Shown one piece after another: positions 22,222 through 31,537 of a stretch of DNA of 64,000 nt. Source of the DNA: an uncultured Chloroflexia bacterium. Its GTDB lineage: Bacteria > Chloroflexota > Limnocylindria > Limnocylindrales > CSP1-4. Position 1 is the first letter of the stretch. Every line of letters starts with the position of its first letter. Under the pieces are notes generated by a model, which worked only from the letters and a program-made list of their open reading frames with translations, searched no databases and was not told where the DNA came from. The DNA lies in NCBI GenBank assembly GCA_963712745.1, contig CAVQJC010000004.1, forward strand, positions 224,001 to 288,000, written 5' to 3'. Made by a program: the position numbers and the translations under genes.

Positions 22222-23746
22222 ATGGCCGTCTGGTACCTGGACAACGACGACGAGATCACCGATGCCGTCGCACGCCTCCGCGGAGCGGACGACGAGCACG
22301 TGGTCTTCGTGGTGCCGCCGGGCTCCCGTATCGCGACCGGACGCATGAACTTCAAGCTCCTGGCGCGCGAGGCCGAGAACCGCGCCCTGCACCTGGCCAT
22401 CGCCAGTCCCGATGAGCAGGTCCGCGCCCTGGCTGCTTCGGCCGGTGTGCTCGCAGCCGTCACGCCCGACGAGGCGGAAGCCGCGCTCGAGCGCGGTGAC
22501 GAGGCCCCGGCCTCGACAGCGCCTCCGGCCGCCCCCACCATCGTCGCCGGCGAAGCCGGCAACGGCCAGACCAAGTCCGGTTCGGGTGGCGGCGTCCTCA
22601 TGTGGCGCAGCCAGCGCCTGCGCGTCACTACCGTCGTCGTCCTTATCGCCGTGATCATCGGGGGCTATGCCACCCTCCAGACCGTACCTACCGCGGAGGT
22701 CACGCTGAGCCCGCGACTCGCCCTGCTGGGACCGCTGGAGACGACGATCTCGGCGTCCGCCGAGACCTCCACCGTGGACCCCTCTTCTTCGACGGTGCCC
22801 GCCACCGTCATCACGGTGCCGCTCTCGGTGCAGGACGGCTATCCCGCCAGCGGGGTCGAGGCCACCGAGACGCGGGCCACCGGCGAGGTCGTCTTCTCCG
22901 CAACGGACCAGGAGTTCGACCAGGAGATCGCGGCCGGTACGCGCGTGCTGACACCGTCCGGCATAGCCTTCCAGACGACCGAGACGGTGGTGCTGCCGCG
23001 AGGCGATGACTCGGCCAGCGAGATCCGGACGCCGGTCGAGGCGCTCGAGAGCGGGGAGTCTGGGAACGTGCCGGCGGAGGCCATCAGTATCGTGCCCTCG
23101 CTCGAGAGCCAGGGCATCGGCGTAGTCAACCCCGAAGCCGACCGGCGGCGGCCGCTTCGAGGAGGTGCCGTTGGTGACCGCCGCCGACTACGACGCCGCC
23201 GCGGTCGACCTGCGCAACCGGCTGGCCGGGGCCCTGGCCGCGTACCTGCGTGACGAGGCCAACACGCCCGCGGGCCTGACGGTCTATCCGGAGACCGCAC
23301 AGCTTGGCGCCGTCAGCCACGACCCCCCGGCCGACGAGCTGGTGGGCACGCGGGCTGCGGAGTTCACGCTGGGCGGATCGGTGGCGGCGACGGTGATGGC
23401 TGTCGACGAAGCAAACGTGGACCAGGTCACTCGCACGCTCCTGCTCCTGTCAGCGCCCGCGGGCACGGAGGTCATGGTCGAGAGCGTGGCAGTGACCCAC
23501 GGCGAGGGCGTCGTCGACGGCGACCGCATCGTGTTTGACGGCACCGCCAGCGGCAGTACCGTGCAGCTCATCGACCCCGATGAGCTGCGCACGAAGATCG
23601 CTGGCCTGCCGGTTTCCGAAGCGCAGGCCATACTGGAGGGGCTCGGGACAGCGACCGTGAACGTCTGGCCCGGGTTCTTGGGCGATCTGCCGAACGATCG
23701 CGAACGCATCACGCTCGATGTCCTCGAGGCATCGACCATGGAGTGA
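22222..23746 (+). CDS. Bitopic membrane protein with baseplate J/gp47-like domain, split by a +1 indel at ~23140
   Basis: N-domain YLDNDDEITD...NFKLLAREA; one TM; RATGEVVF, AGTRVLTPSGIAFQT, VEALESGESGNV, NPEA|TGGG; second ORF 23165..23746 continues it (~507 aa joined). Confidence 0.75.
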
Positions 23747-23791
23747 GTCAACGTACCCCATGACCGTCGACACGCACCCGCGCGCGCCGAG

Positions 23792-24259
23792 GTGCCGGTG
23801 ACCGTGCTACTCGGTATCGATCTCGGCGACCGCCGCATCGGCGTTGCCAGCGGTGACACCACCACCGGATCCGTCAGACCACTGCTCACCTTGCGCCGCG
23901 GCACGCCCGCGCAGGATGCCGAGGCCATCGGCCGCATCTGCGAGGAGCGCCGAGCCAACGCCCTCGTGGTGGGGCTGCCCCTGCACATCGATGGCAGCGA
24001 GAGCGAGCAGTCAAAGCGCACGCGCGCCTGGGTGGCCACGGTGGCGCCGGCCCTGGGCCTGCCGGTGTCGCTGCGCGACGAACGCCTCACCAGCGCCACT
24101 GCCGAAGCGAGCATGGGCCCGCCACCTCGCGGGCGTGCCGGCGGTCCGCCTTCGGCAACAGCGCGCAGGGCCTGGCGGGCCCGCGTCGACCGCGAAGCCG
24201 CCGCCGCCATCGTCCAGAGCGAGCTCGACGCTCGTGCAGCCACGGAGGTGAATACGTGA
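23792..24259 (+). CDS. ruvX: YqgF/RuvX pre-16S rRNA nuclease family
   Basis: LGIDLGDRRIGVA, VVGLP, DERLTS, VDREAAAAI. Confidence 0.93.
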   Translation: MPVTVLLGIDLGDRRIGVASGDTTTGSVRPLLTLRRGTPAQDAEAIGRICEERRANALVVGLPLHIDGSESEQSKRTRAWVATVAPALGLPVSLRDERLTSATAEASMGPPPRGRAGGPPSATARRAWRARVDREAAAAIVQSELDARAATEVNT

Positions 24260-25560
24260 GCAGCCCGCCAGAAGGCGGCAACGGCCGCGTCGGCATCGTC
24301 GAGGGCTGGGAGCTCCGCCAGCATCGTCAGCAGGATGCCAATTCGGGCGCGTTCAAGGGCCTGGTCTTCGTCGTCGTGGCGCTGCTGCTCATCGTCGTCG
24401 GCGGTTGGTTCGCGGCGCGTCCGATGGTCGGGCCCTTCCTCACGGACGTCTTCGCTGAGAGCCCCGGCATCATCAACCTGCCGGTGGCCGGCGACCTCAT
24501 CGCGGCGGAGTTCGCCGACCGTCTCGACAAGTCCGCCGCCGATAGCGACCGCGAGATCGAGTTCGTGGTCGAGACCGGTCAGTCGGTCGACGAGATCCAA
24601 GAGGCCCTCGTCGAAGCGGGCCTTCTCGCCGACGAGCCTGCCTTCAAGTACGCGGTCGTGCGAGACCGGGTCGACCAGCTCATCAAGGCTGGCACCTACA
24701 CCATGACCCCGCGCATCACGCCCGCAGGCATCGCAGCTCGCCTCGAGGGCGATCCCGATCCGCCCACGCCGGTGACGACGCTGGACATGCGCCTGGGCCG
24801 TCGCATCGAACAGGTCGTGGCCTACCTCCAGCAGGAGACCGAAGAGGTCGGCCTCGAGCTGGACCCCAAGGAATTCCTGCGCCTGGCACGCAGTCCCAGC
24901 GAAGCGCTGCGCAAGCGATACGCCTTCCTGAAGCAAGCGCCGGACGGCAGCAGCCTGGAGGGCTTCCTCTACGGAGGCACATACGAGGTACCCGTCGACA
25001 TCACGTCCGAGGAGCTCATCGGCCTGATGCTGGGCAAGTGGGATGACGCGGCCAGCAGGTACCTGGCCCAGTCGCGCAAGCAGGGCAAGGACTTCTACGA
25101 CGTGCTCACCATCGCCAGCCTGGTGGAGCGCGAGGCCAAGGCGGACAGCGACCGTGCCAAGATCGCCGGCGTCTACTGGAACCGACTCAATCCCAAGATC
25201 AACAAGCAGACCGACGGGCTGCTACAGGCCGACCCCACCGTGGTCTACGCCACCGACTCCATGGCGCTCGAGAAGGTCCCCGTCAAGAATTGGGACGAGT
25301 ACGTCTTCTGGGACCTGCTCGGTATCAGCGACTACTCGACGGTGGACGTCGACAAGAGGTACGAGTCCTTCCAGACCTACCAGAACCCGGGCCTGCCAGA
25401 TCTGCCCATCGTGAGCCCGTCGGCGAAGTCGTTGGCGGCTGCGCTCAATCCGAACACCAAGTCGAAGAACCTGTTCTTCTATGCCTGCCCCGGTTCGGAC
25501 ACGCACAAGTTCGCCAAGACCTTCAAGCAGCACCAGCGCAACATCAATAGCTGCAAGTAA
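24256..25560 (+). CDS. mltG: Endolytic transglycosylase MltG
   Basis: N-terminal TM; SLEGFLY, IASLVERE, VYWNRL, LQADPT, YQNPGLP. Confidence 0.93.
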   Translation: MSSPPEGGNGRVGIVEGWELRQHRQQDANSGAFKGLVFVVVALLLIVVGGWFAARPMVGPFLTDVFAESPGIINLPVAGDLIAAEFADRLDKSAADSDREIEFVVETGQSVDEIQEALVEAGLLADEPAFKYAVVRDRVDQLIKAGTYTMTPRITPAGIAARLEGDPDPPTPVTTLDMRLGRRIEQVVAYLQQETEEVGLELDPKEFLRLARSPSEALRKRYAFLKQAPDGSSLEGFLYGGTYEVPVDITSEELIGLMLGKWDDAASRYLAQSRKQGKDFYDVLTIASLVEREAKADSDRAKIAGVYWNRLNPKINKQTDGLLQADPTVVYATDSMALEKVPVKNWDEYVFWDLLGISDYSTVDVDKRYESFQTYQNPGLPDLPIVSPSAKSLAAALNPNTKSKNLFFYACPGSDTHKFAKTFKQHQRNINSCK

Positions 25561-25631
25561 CCGCCGTCGAGGCGCCTGACCGGCGCCGCACCGCCCATCG
25601 CCACCAGCCCAAAGGGAGAACGTCACCACCC

Positions 25632-26189
25632 ATGATCTCAGTCGGAGACCTGCGCAGGGGCATCGTCATCGAGCTCGATGACGAGCTCTGGCAGATCCTG
25701 GAGTTCCACCACATCAAGATGGCCCGGGGCTCGGCCCAGATCCGGATCAAGCTGAAGAACGTCAAGCGCGGGCAGACCGTCGAGCGCACCTTCCAGGCCA
25801 CGGCCAAGTGGCCGCGCGCCATCCTCGAGACTCGTCCCGTGCAGTTCCTGTACCAGGACGGCGACGAGTACCACTTCATGGAGAACGAGACGTACGAGCA
25901 GTTCCACCTGACCGGGGAGCAGCTCGGCGATGTGACCCAGTACCTGGTCGAAGGCATGTCGGTCGACCGCACCACCTACGAGGGTGAGACGATCGGGGTC
26001 GACCTGCCCATCTCGGTGGAGCTGAAGGTGGTCGAGACCGAGCCCGGCTTCGCCGGCGACACCCAGTCGGGTGCCAAGAAGCCGGCCACGCTCGAGTCCG
26101 GCCTTGTCGTCCAGGTGCCGATCTTCATCGGTGAGGGAGACACCATCAAGGTCGACACACGCACCGGGGAATACCAGACCCGCGTGTAG
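25632..26189 (+). CDS. efp: Elongation factor P
   Basis: 185 aa; QFLYQDG, FMENETYEQ, TEPGFAGDT, KPATLESG, VDTRTGEY; tip loop reads KMARG. Confidence 0.96.
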   Translation: MISVGDLRRGIVIELDDELWQILEFHHIKMARGSAQIRIKLKNVKRGQTVERTFQATAKWPRAILETRPVQFLYQDGDEYHFMENETYEQFHLTGEQLGDVTQYLVEGMSVDRTTYEGETIGVDLPISVELKVVETEPGFAGDTQSGAKKPATLESGLVVQVPIFIGEGDTIKVDTRTGEYQTRV

Positions 26190-26198
26190 CGGCCACTC

Positions 26199-27602
26199 AT
26201 GGAGCCGCGCAGCCTCTGGGACGACCCGCCTCCAGCGCCCGAGCGCGCTGAGGCTCCGCTGCCGCCTGAGCCCGGCTCCAAACCCCCGGCCGTGACAGAA
26301 GGCCCCGCGGGACCGACGGTGCTCTCGGTGGCCGCACTCAATCGACTGGTACGGGAAACACTGCGCCGGCAACCTCGCCTCAGTCCGGTGTGGGTCGAAG
26401 GTGAGATCGGCAGCGTCTCGGTCAGTGCTGCCGGCCACGCGTACTTCACGCTCAAGGACGACAAGGCCCAGCTGCGCTGCGTCGTCTTTCGCGAGGAGCG
26501 ACTGGCGCTGCCGCTGGAGCCGCGAACCGGATTGCGGGTGGTGGCCCAGGGCCGGATCGACGTCTTCGAGCAGCAGGGTGCCTACCAGCTCTACGTCGAC
26601 TCGCTACAGCCCGCGGGCGTCGGCGACCTGGCCCAGCGCTACGAGGCGCTGAAGGCGGAGCTGGAAGCCGAGGGCCTCTTCGACAGCTCGCGCAAGCGCG
26701 CGCTGCCGCCCTGGCCGAGGACCATCGGCGTGGTCACCTCCCTGAGTGGGGCCGTCCTCCACGACATCCAGCGCGTCATCGACCGGCGCTGGCCGTTGGC
26801 GCGGCTGCTCGTCAGCGCCTGCCGCGTGCAGGGTGCGGGGGCAGAGGCCTCGATCGTACGCGCCCTGCGCCGGCTGGGACGCTGGACCGACCCCGAGAGC
26901 GGACGAGCCGTGGACGTGGTCATCGTGGCGCGCGGGGGTGGCTCGCTCGAGGACCTCTGGGCGTTCAACGAAGAAGCGGTCGTGCGTGCCATCGCGACTC
27001 ACCCTCGCCCGGTCATCGTGGGCGTCGGCCACGAGACCGACGTGACGCTGGCCGAGTTCGCCGGCGACAGGCGTGCCGCCACGCCGTCGGTGGCGGCGGA
27101 GCTGGCGGTCCCGGACCGGGCCGCTCAACGCCAGCAGCTGCGAGCGCTCGAGGCTGCGCTATCGGTGGGTGCGGGCCGGCGGCTGGGCAGCACGCGCGCG
27201 GCGCTGGAGACGGAGCGACGTGCCCTCGAGACGTTCCGGCCCGGTGCCTACCTGGCTACCGAGCGTGAGCGCGTCGGGCTGCTCCTCGACCGGGCCTCGC
27301 GTGCCCTGCTGGGACGCCTCGCGGCAGATCGGGCCATGTTGGACCGCAGCGCCGACGGCCTGCCGTCCCTGCTGCGGACTCGCACCGCTGGCGCCCGCTC
27401 GGAGCTGACCCGCTATGCGGCCGGCCTGACTGCCCTCGACCCCTTCGGCACGCTCGAGCGCGGCTACGCCATCGTGCGCACGACCGATGGTCACGTGGTC
27501 GTCGACGCCGCCGGCCGTGTCCCCGGCGACCGGCTGGAGGTCCGCCTGGCCAGAGGCCTGTTGGACGTGTCGGTCGATACCGTGCGAGACTCCCGCTCGT
27601 GA
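26199..27602 (+). CDS. xseA: Exodeoxyribonuclease VII large subunit
   Basis: WVEGEI, GHAYFTLKD, VARGGGSLEDLWAFNEE, GHETD, ATPS. Confidence 0.96.
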   Translation: MEPRSLWDDPPPAPERAEAPLPPEPGSKPPAVTEGPAGPTVLSVAALNRLVRETLRRQPRLSPVWVEGEIGSVSVSAAGHAYFTLKDDKAQLRCVVFREERLALPLEPRTGLRVVAQGRIDVFEQQGAYQLYVDSLQPAGVGDLAQRYEALKAELEAEGLFDSSRKRALPPWPRTIGVVTSLSGAVLHDIQRVIDRRWPLARLLVSACRVQGAGAEASIVRALRRLGRWTDPESGRAVDVVIVARGGGSLEDLWAFNEEAVVRAIATHPRPVIVGVGHETDVTLAEFAGDRRAATPSVAAELAVPDRAAQRQQLRALEAALSVGAGRRLGSTRAALETERRALETFRPGAYLATERERVGLLLDRASRALLGRLAADRAMLDRSADGLPSLLRTRTAGARSELTRYAAGLTALDPFGTLERGYAIVRTTDGHVVVDAAGRVPGDRLEVRLARGLLDVSVDTVRDSRS

Positions 27603-27898
27603 CCGAGACACCGACGGACGCCGCGAAGGCCGCGGGCCCCGACAGCACCCCCGACATCGCCTCGTTGACCTTCGACAAGGCGCTCGAAGAACTCCGCCTC
27701 GTGGTGGCCCGCCTCGAGGAGGGCGGCCTCCCGCTGGAGGAGTCGATCGCCCTCTATGAGCGCGGCGCCGCCCTGCACGAACACTGCGGGCGGCTGCTCG
27801 ACTCGGCCGAGCTGCGGGTGCAGCGTCTCGTCGACGGCGCCGGCGGCAGCGCGCCACGGGTGATGGACCTGCGCCCGGACGACGGCGACGAGCTCTAG
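27599..27898 (+). CDS. xseB: Exodeoxyribonuclease VII small subunit
   Basis: FDKALEEL...LEEGGLPLEESIALYERG. Confidence 0.95.
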   Translation: MTETPTDAAKAAGPDSTPDIASLTFDKALEELRLVVARLEEGGLPLEESIALYERGAALHEHCGRLLDSAELRVQRLVDGAGGSAPRVMDLRPDDGDEL

Positions 27899-27901
27899 CC
27901 C

Positions 27902-29884
27902 ATGGTCACGCTGCGTGACCTCCGTGGACCGGAGGACCTCAAGGACATCAGCCACGGAGAAGCCCGAGCGCTGTGCACGGAGATCCGCCGCGAGATCATC
28001 GACACCGTGGCTGCCACCGGCGGACATCTGGGCAGCTCGCTGGGTGTGGTCGAGCTGACCGTGGCACTCCACCGCATCCTCGACAGTCCCACCGACCGCA
28101 TCGTCTGGGACACCGGGCACCAGGCCTATGCGCACAAGCTCCTGACCGGCCGACTCGATCGTTTCGGGACGCTGCGCCAGCTGGGTGGCGTCGGCGGCTT
28201 TCCCAGGCGCGAGGAGAGCGTGCACGACGTCATGGACGGTGGCCACGCCGGCACCGGCATCTCCATCGCCGAGGGACTGGCGCTCGCGCGCGATGCCCGG
28301 GGCAGCGGCGAGCGCGTCGCGGTGGTGGTGGGCGACGCGGCCCTGATGAGCGGCCTCTCGCTCGAGGCACTCAACGACATCGGCCACCGCAAGACGCGCA
28401 TGCTCATCCTGCTCAACGACAACGAGATGAGCATCAGCCCATCCGTAGGCGCGGTCAGCCAGTACCTCAGCCGCATCAAGCTGTCACGCCAATGGCGCCG
28501 CTCCAGGCGCCGCTTCGACAGCGACATCGCCCGCATCCCCCGCATCGGGCCGTTCCTGCTGGAGTGGTCCCGCCGCATCCGCCACGCGGTCGTCGACCTC
28601 AGCCAGCCCGGGCGCCTCTTCGAGGACCTGGGCGTTACCTACGTGGGGCCGATCCCCGGTCACGACCTGATCGCGCTCGACAGCACACTGCGCAAGGCCC
28701 TGGAAGAGGAAGAGGCGCCCATCATCGTGCACGTGCGCACGCGCAAGGGCTTCGGCTACCGCCCGGCGGAGGCCGACAAGGTCGGGTTCCACGGTGCGGC
28801 CCTCCCTCCTATGCCCGAGCTGACGGTGGCAGCCTCGGCCGGCAACGGCGCCGCGCCGTCCGATGGCGATGCCGCGCCGCCGGCCCAGGAGCGTGTCGCG
28901 AGCAAGCTGCCCAACTACACCGCGGTCATGGCCGCCGAGCTCGTGCGCATCGCCGAAGAGGACGAGCGCGTGGTGGCCATCACCGCGGGCATGCCCACCG
29001 GTACGGGCGTAGCCGCCTTCGGCGAGCGCTTTCCAAAGCGCACCTACGACGTCGGCATCGCCGAGCAGCACGCCATGACCATGGCGACCGGTCTTGCCTT
29101 GGCTGGCCAGCGGCCGTTCGTGGCGCTCTACTCGACGTTCCTGCAGCGCGCCTTCGACCAGGTGGTCCACGACGTCTGCCAGAACGACACGCCGGTGGTC
29201 ATCGGCATCGATCGCACCGGGCTGGTGGGCGAGGACGGCACCAGCCACCAGGGCATGTTCATGCTTGGGCCCCTGCGCCAGCTGCCCAACCTGGTGATGG
29301 CCGCGCCCCGTCACGAGCAGGACCTGCGGTGCCTGCTGCGCACCGCCTTCGGCCAGGAGCACCCCTTCGCGCTGATGTATCCGCGCGATGCCGGCTTCGG
29401 GCTCGACGACGTCGATCCGGTCCCGCTCGAGGTCGGACGCGGCGAGGTCCTGCGCACCGGTTCAGACATCCTCATCGTCGGCCTCGGTCCCATCGTGGCC
29501 AGGGGCCTGGCCGTGGCCGGGCAACTCAGTACGGACGGCTGGTCGGTCGCTGTCGTCGACGCCCGCTTCGTCCGGCCTATCGACCGCGACCTAATCCTGG
29601 ACCAGGCCCAGGGCAAGCAGCTCGTGGTCACACTCGAGGAGAGCGTGCTGGCCGGTGGCTTCGGCTCGGCGGTGCTGGAGGTGCTGGCCGACGCGGACGC
29701 CGCTACCGCCGCCGTCCCGGTCAAGCGCATCGGCCTGCCTGATGGCAAGTTCGTGGACCACGGTGCGGTCACCGACCTGCGCCGTACCGTGCGCATCGAC
29801 GAGCCCGGCATCAGGTCCCAGGTCGAGGAGGCTCTGACCGCCCACGGGCTGACACCCGGCGCGCGCACCGCTGTCGAGGCCTGA
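27902..29884 (+). CDS. dxs: 1-deoxy-D-xylulose-5-phosphate synthase
   Basis: GGHLGSSLGVVELT, WDTGHQAYAHK, GDAA...LNDN, GIAEQHA, YSTFLQRAFDQ. Confidence 0.97.
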   Translation: MVTLRDLRGPEDLKDISHGEARALCTEIRREIIDTVAATGGHLGSSLGVVELTVALHRILDSPTDRIVWDTGHQAYAHKLLTGRLDRFGTLRQLGGVGGFPRREESVHDVMDGGHAGTGISIAEGLALARDARGSGERVAVVVGDAALMSGLSLEALNDIGHRKTRMLILLNDNEMSISPSVGAVSQYLSRIKLSRQWRRSRRRFDSDIARIPRIGPFLLEWSRRIRHAVVDLSQPGRLFEDLGVTYVGPIPGHDLIALDSTLRKALEEEEAPIIVHVRTRKGFGYRPAEADKVGFHGAALPPMPELTVAASAGNGAAPSDGDAAPPAQERVASKLPNYTAVMAAELVRIAEEDERVVAITAGMPTGTGVAAFGERFPKRTYDVGIAEQHAMTMATGLALAGQRPFVALYSTFLQRAFDQVVHDVCQNDTPVVIGIDRTGLVGEDGTSHQGMFMLGPLRQLPNLVMAAPRHEQDLRCLLRTAFGQEHPFALMYPRDAGFGLDDVDPVPLEVGRGEVLRTGSDILIVGLGPIVARGLAVAGQLSTDGWSVAVVDARFVRPIDRDLILDQAQGKQLVVTLEESVLAGGFGSAVLEVLADADAATAAVPVKRIGLPDGKFVDHGAVTDLRRTVRIDEPGIRSQVEEALTAHGLTPGARTAVEA

Positions 29885-29888
29885 TCGG

Positions 29889-30701
29889 CTGGCCACCACC
29901 AAGCGGCGCAAGCTGCGCCTCGACCAGCTCCTCGTGGAACGAGGGCTCGTGCCCTCGCGTGCTCGCGCCCAGGCCCTGCTGATGGCCGGACAGGTGCGGG
30001 TCGGCGCGGGCGACGCCGCTCGGCGCGACCGGCGCCCGGGCGAGCAGGTGGACTCGGACGTCGAGATCGTCGTGGCGGCCGGCCCCCGCTACGTGTCACG
30101 GGGAGGGGAGAAGCTGGCCGGCGCGCTCGACGCCTTCGGCGTGGACCCGGCGCAGCGCACCTGCCTGGATGTGGGTGCGTCGACCGGCGGCTTCAGCGAC
30201 TGCCTGTTGCAGCGCGGCGCGCGCCGTGTCTATGCTCTCGACGTGGGCCGGGGTCAGCTGGCGGAGTCGCTGCGGCAGGACGGGCGCGTGGTGAGCATGG
30301 AGCGCACCCATGCCGGACGTCTTGACCCTGAGGACGACGAACCGTTGGTGCTGCCGGAGCAGGTCAGCCTGGCCGTGGCCGATGTCTCGTTCATCTCGCT
30401 CACACGCCTGCTTCGCGGCATGGCCGCGCACGTCGAGCCCGGGGGTGACATCCTGCCCATGGTGAAACCGCAGTTCGAGCTCAGCCCTCGCGAGGTGCCT
30501 AAGGGCGTCGTCCGGGACGCGGCCGCCCGAGCGGCCGCCGTCACGCGCGTCCGCGAGCACGCGCTCGAACTGGGCCTCGAAGTCCTTGCCCAGTCCGAGT
30601 CGGTGCTCCTCGGGCCCTCCGGCAACCACGAGTACTTCCTCCATCTGCGGGTGCCCGCCCGCTGGGCGCCGGTGGGCTCCCGCGGGGGACCGGGCACATG
30701 A
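29889..30701 (+). CDS. tlyA: TlyA family rRNA 2'-O-methyltransferase (probable CTG start at 29889; first canonical start GTG 29934)
   Basis: KRRKLRLDQLLVERGL S4 N-terminus, YVSRGGEKL, LDVGASTGGF, DVSFISL, VKPQFE, GNHEY. Confidence 0.93.
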   Translation: MATTKRRKLRLDQLLVERGLVPSRARAQALLMAGQVRVGAGDAARRDRRPGEQVDSDVEIVVAAGPRYVSRGGEKLAGALDAFGVDPAQRTCLDVGASTGGFSDCLLQRGARRVYALDVGRGQLAESLRQDGRVVSMERTHAGRLDPEDDEPLVLPEQVSLAVADVSFISLTRLLRGMAAHVEPGGDILPMVKPQFELSPREVPKGVVRDAAARAAAVTRVREHALELGLEVLAQSESVLLGPSGNHEYFLHLRVPARWAPVGSRGGPGT

Positions 30702-31537
30702 AGCGCATCGGCTTCGCCTTCAATCCCACCTCGGAGATGGCCGTCGAGCTGCGAGAGCGGGCCCTCCGCTGGTGCTCGGACCACGGCCTCGACGCCTGGG
30801 CGCTGCCCTCCGACGAGGCGCCTTCGGATCGCGAGGTGCTGGCCACCACGGACGCCATCGTCGTGCTCGGCGGCGACGGCACCTTCCTGCGAGCAGCCCA
30901 GACCGTGGCCGACGTCGACGTGCCCATCCTCGGCGTCAACGTGGGCAAGGTCGGCTTCCTATCCAAGGCAGAGCACCACGCCCTCGAGGGTGTGCTCGGA
31001 CAGCTCAAGGACGACGACTACGAGCTGGAGCCGCGCCTGATGCTCGACGTCGGCGTGGTACCGGTCGATGGCCAGCGGGACGGACAGCTTCACGTCGCGC
31101 TCAACGAAGCAGCCGTCGTGCGCGGTCGCCACGCCCAGGTCATGCGTGTGGTCGTCGATGTCGGTGACTCCCGGGTGGCGACCTACATCTGCGATGGTGT
31201 GGTGGTGGCCTCGCCGACCGGCTCGACAGGCTACAGCTTCAGCGCGGGCGGACCCATCATCGAGCCCACCAGCCGAAGCCTCGTAGTCACCCCGATCGCG
31301 GCCTACCTGACCCCGTTACGCTCGAGCGTAGTCGGGCCCCAGCACGTGGTGAAGGCCACGGTCGAGGCGGCCTACGACTGCCTGGTGAGCATCGATGGGC
31401 GCCTGGACGTGGCCCTCGCGGTGGGGGACCGCGTGGAGGTGCGCGCCCGCGACAGGTCGATCGACTTCATCCAGCCGAGAGGGGCGCTGCCCTTCTGGGA
31501 CCTGCTGCGCCACAAGGCCACGCTGCTGCCGGATTGA
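30698..31537 (+). CDS. nadK: NAD(+) kinase
   Basis: LGGDGTFL, GVNVGKVGFL, ALNE, SPTGSTGYSFSAGGP. Confidence 0.95.
   Translation: MKRIGFAFNPTSEMAVELRERALRWCSDHGLDAWALPSDEAPSDREVLATTDAIVVLGGDGTFLRAAQTVADVDVPILGVNVGKVGFLSKAEHHALEGVLGQLKDDDYELEPRLMLDVGVVPVDGQRDGQLHVALNEAAVVRGRHAQVMRVVVDVGDSRVATYICDGVVVASPTGSTGYSFSAGGPIIEPTSRSLVVTPIAAYLTPLRSSVVGPQHVVKATVEAAYDCLVSIDGRLDVALAVGDRVEVRARDRSIDFIQPRGALPFWDLLRHKATLLPD

Noticed and set aside
14755-23746. Prophage suggested by 'holin' and 'baseplate J' domains
   Set aside because: No terminase, capsid, tail, endolysin or integrase; both genes are fusions within housekeeping context with host-like codon usage.
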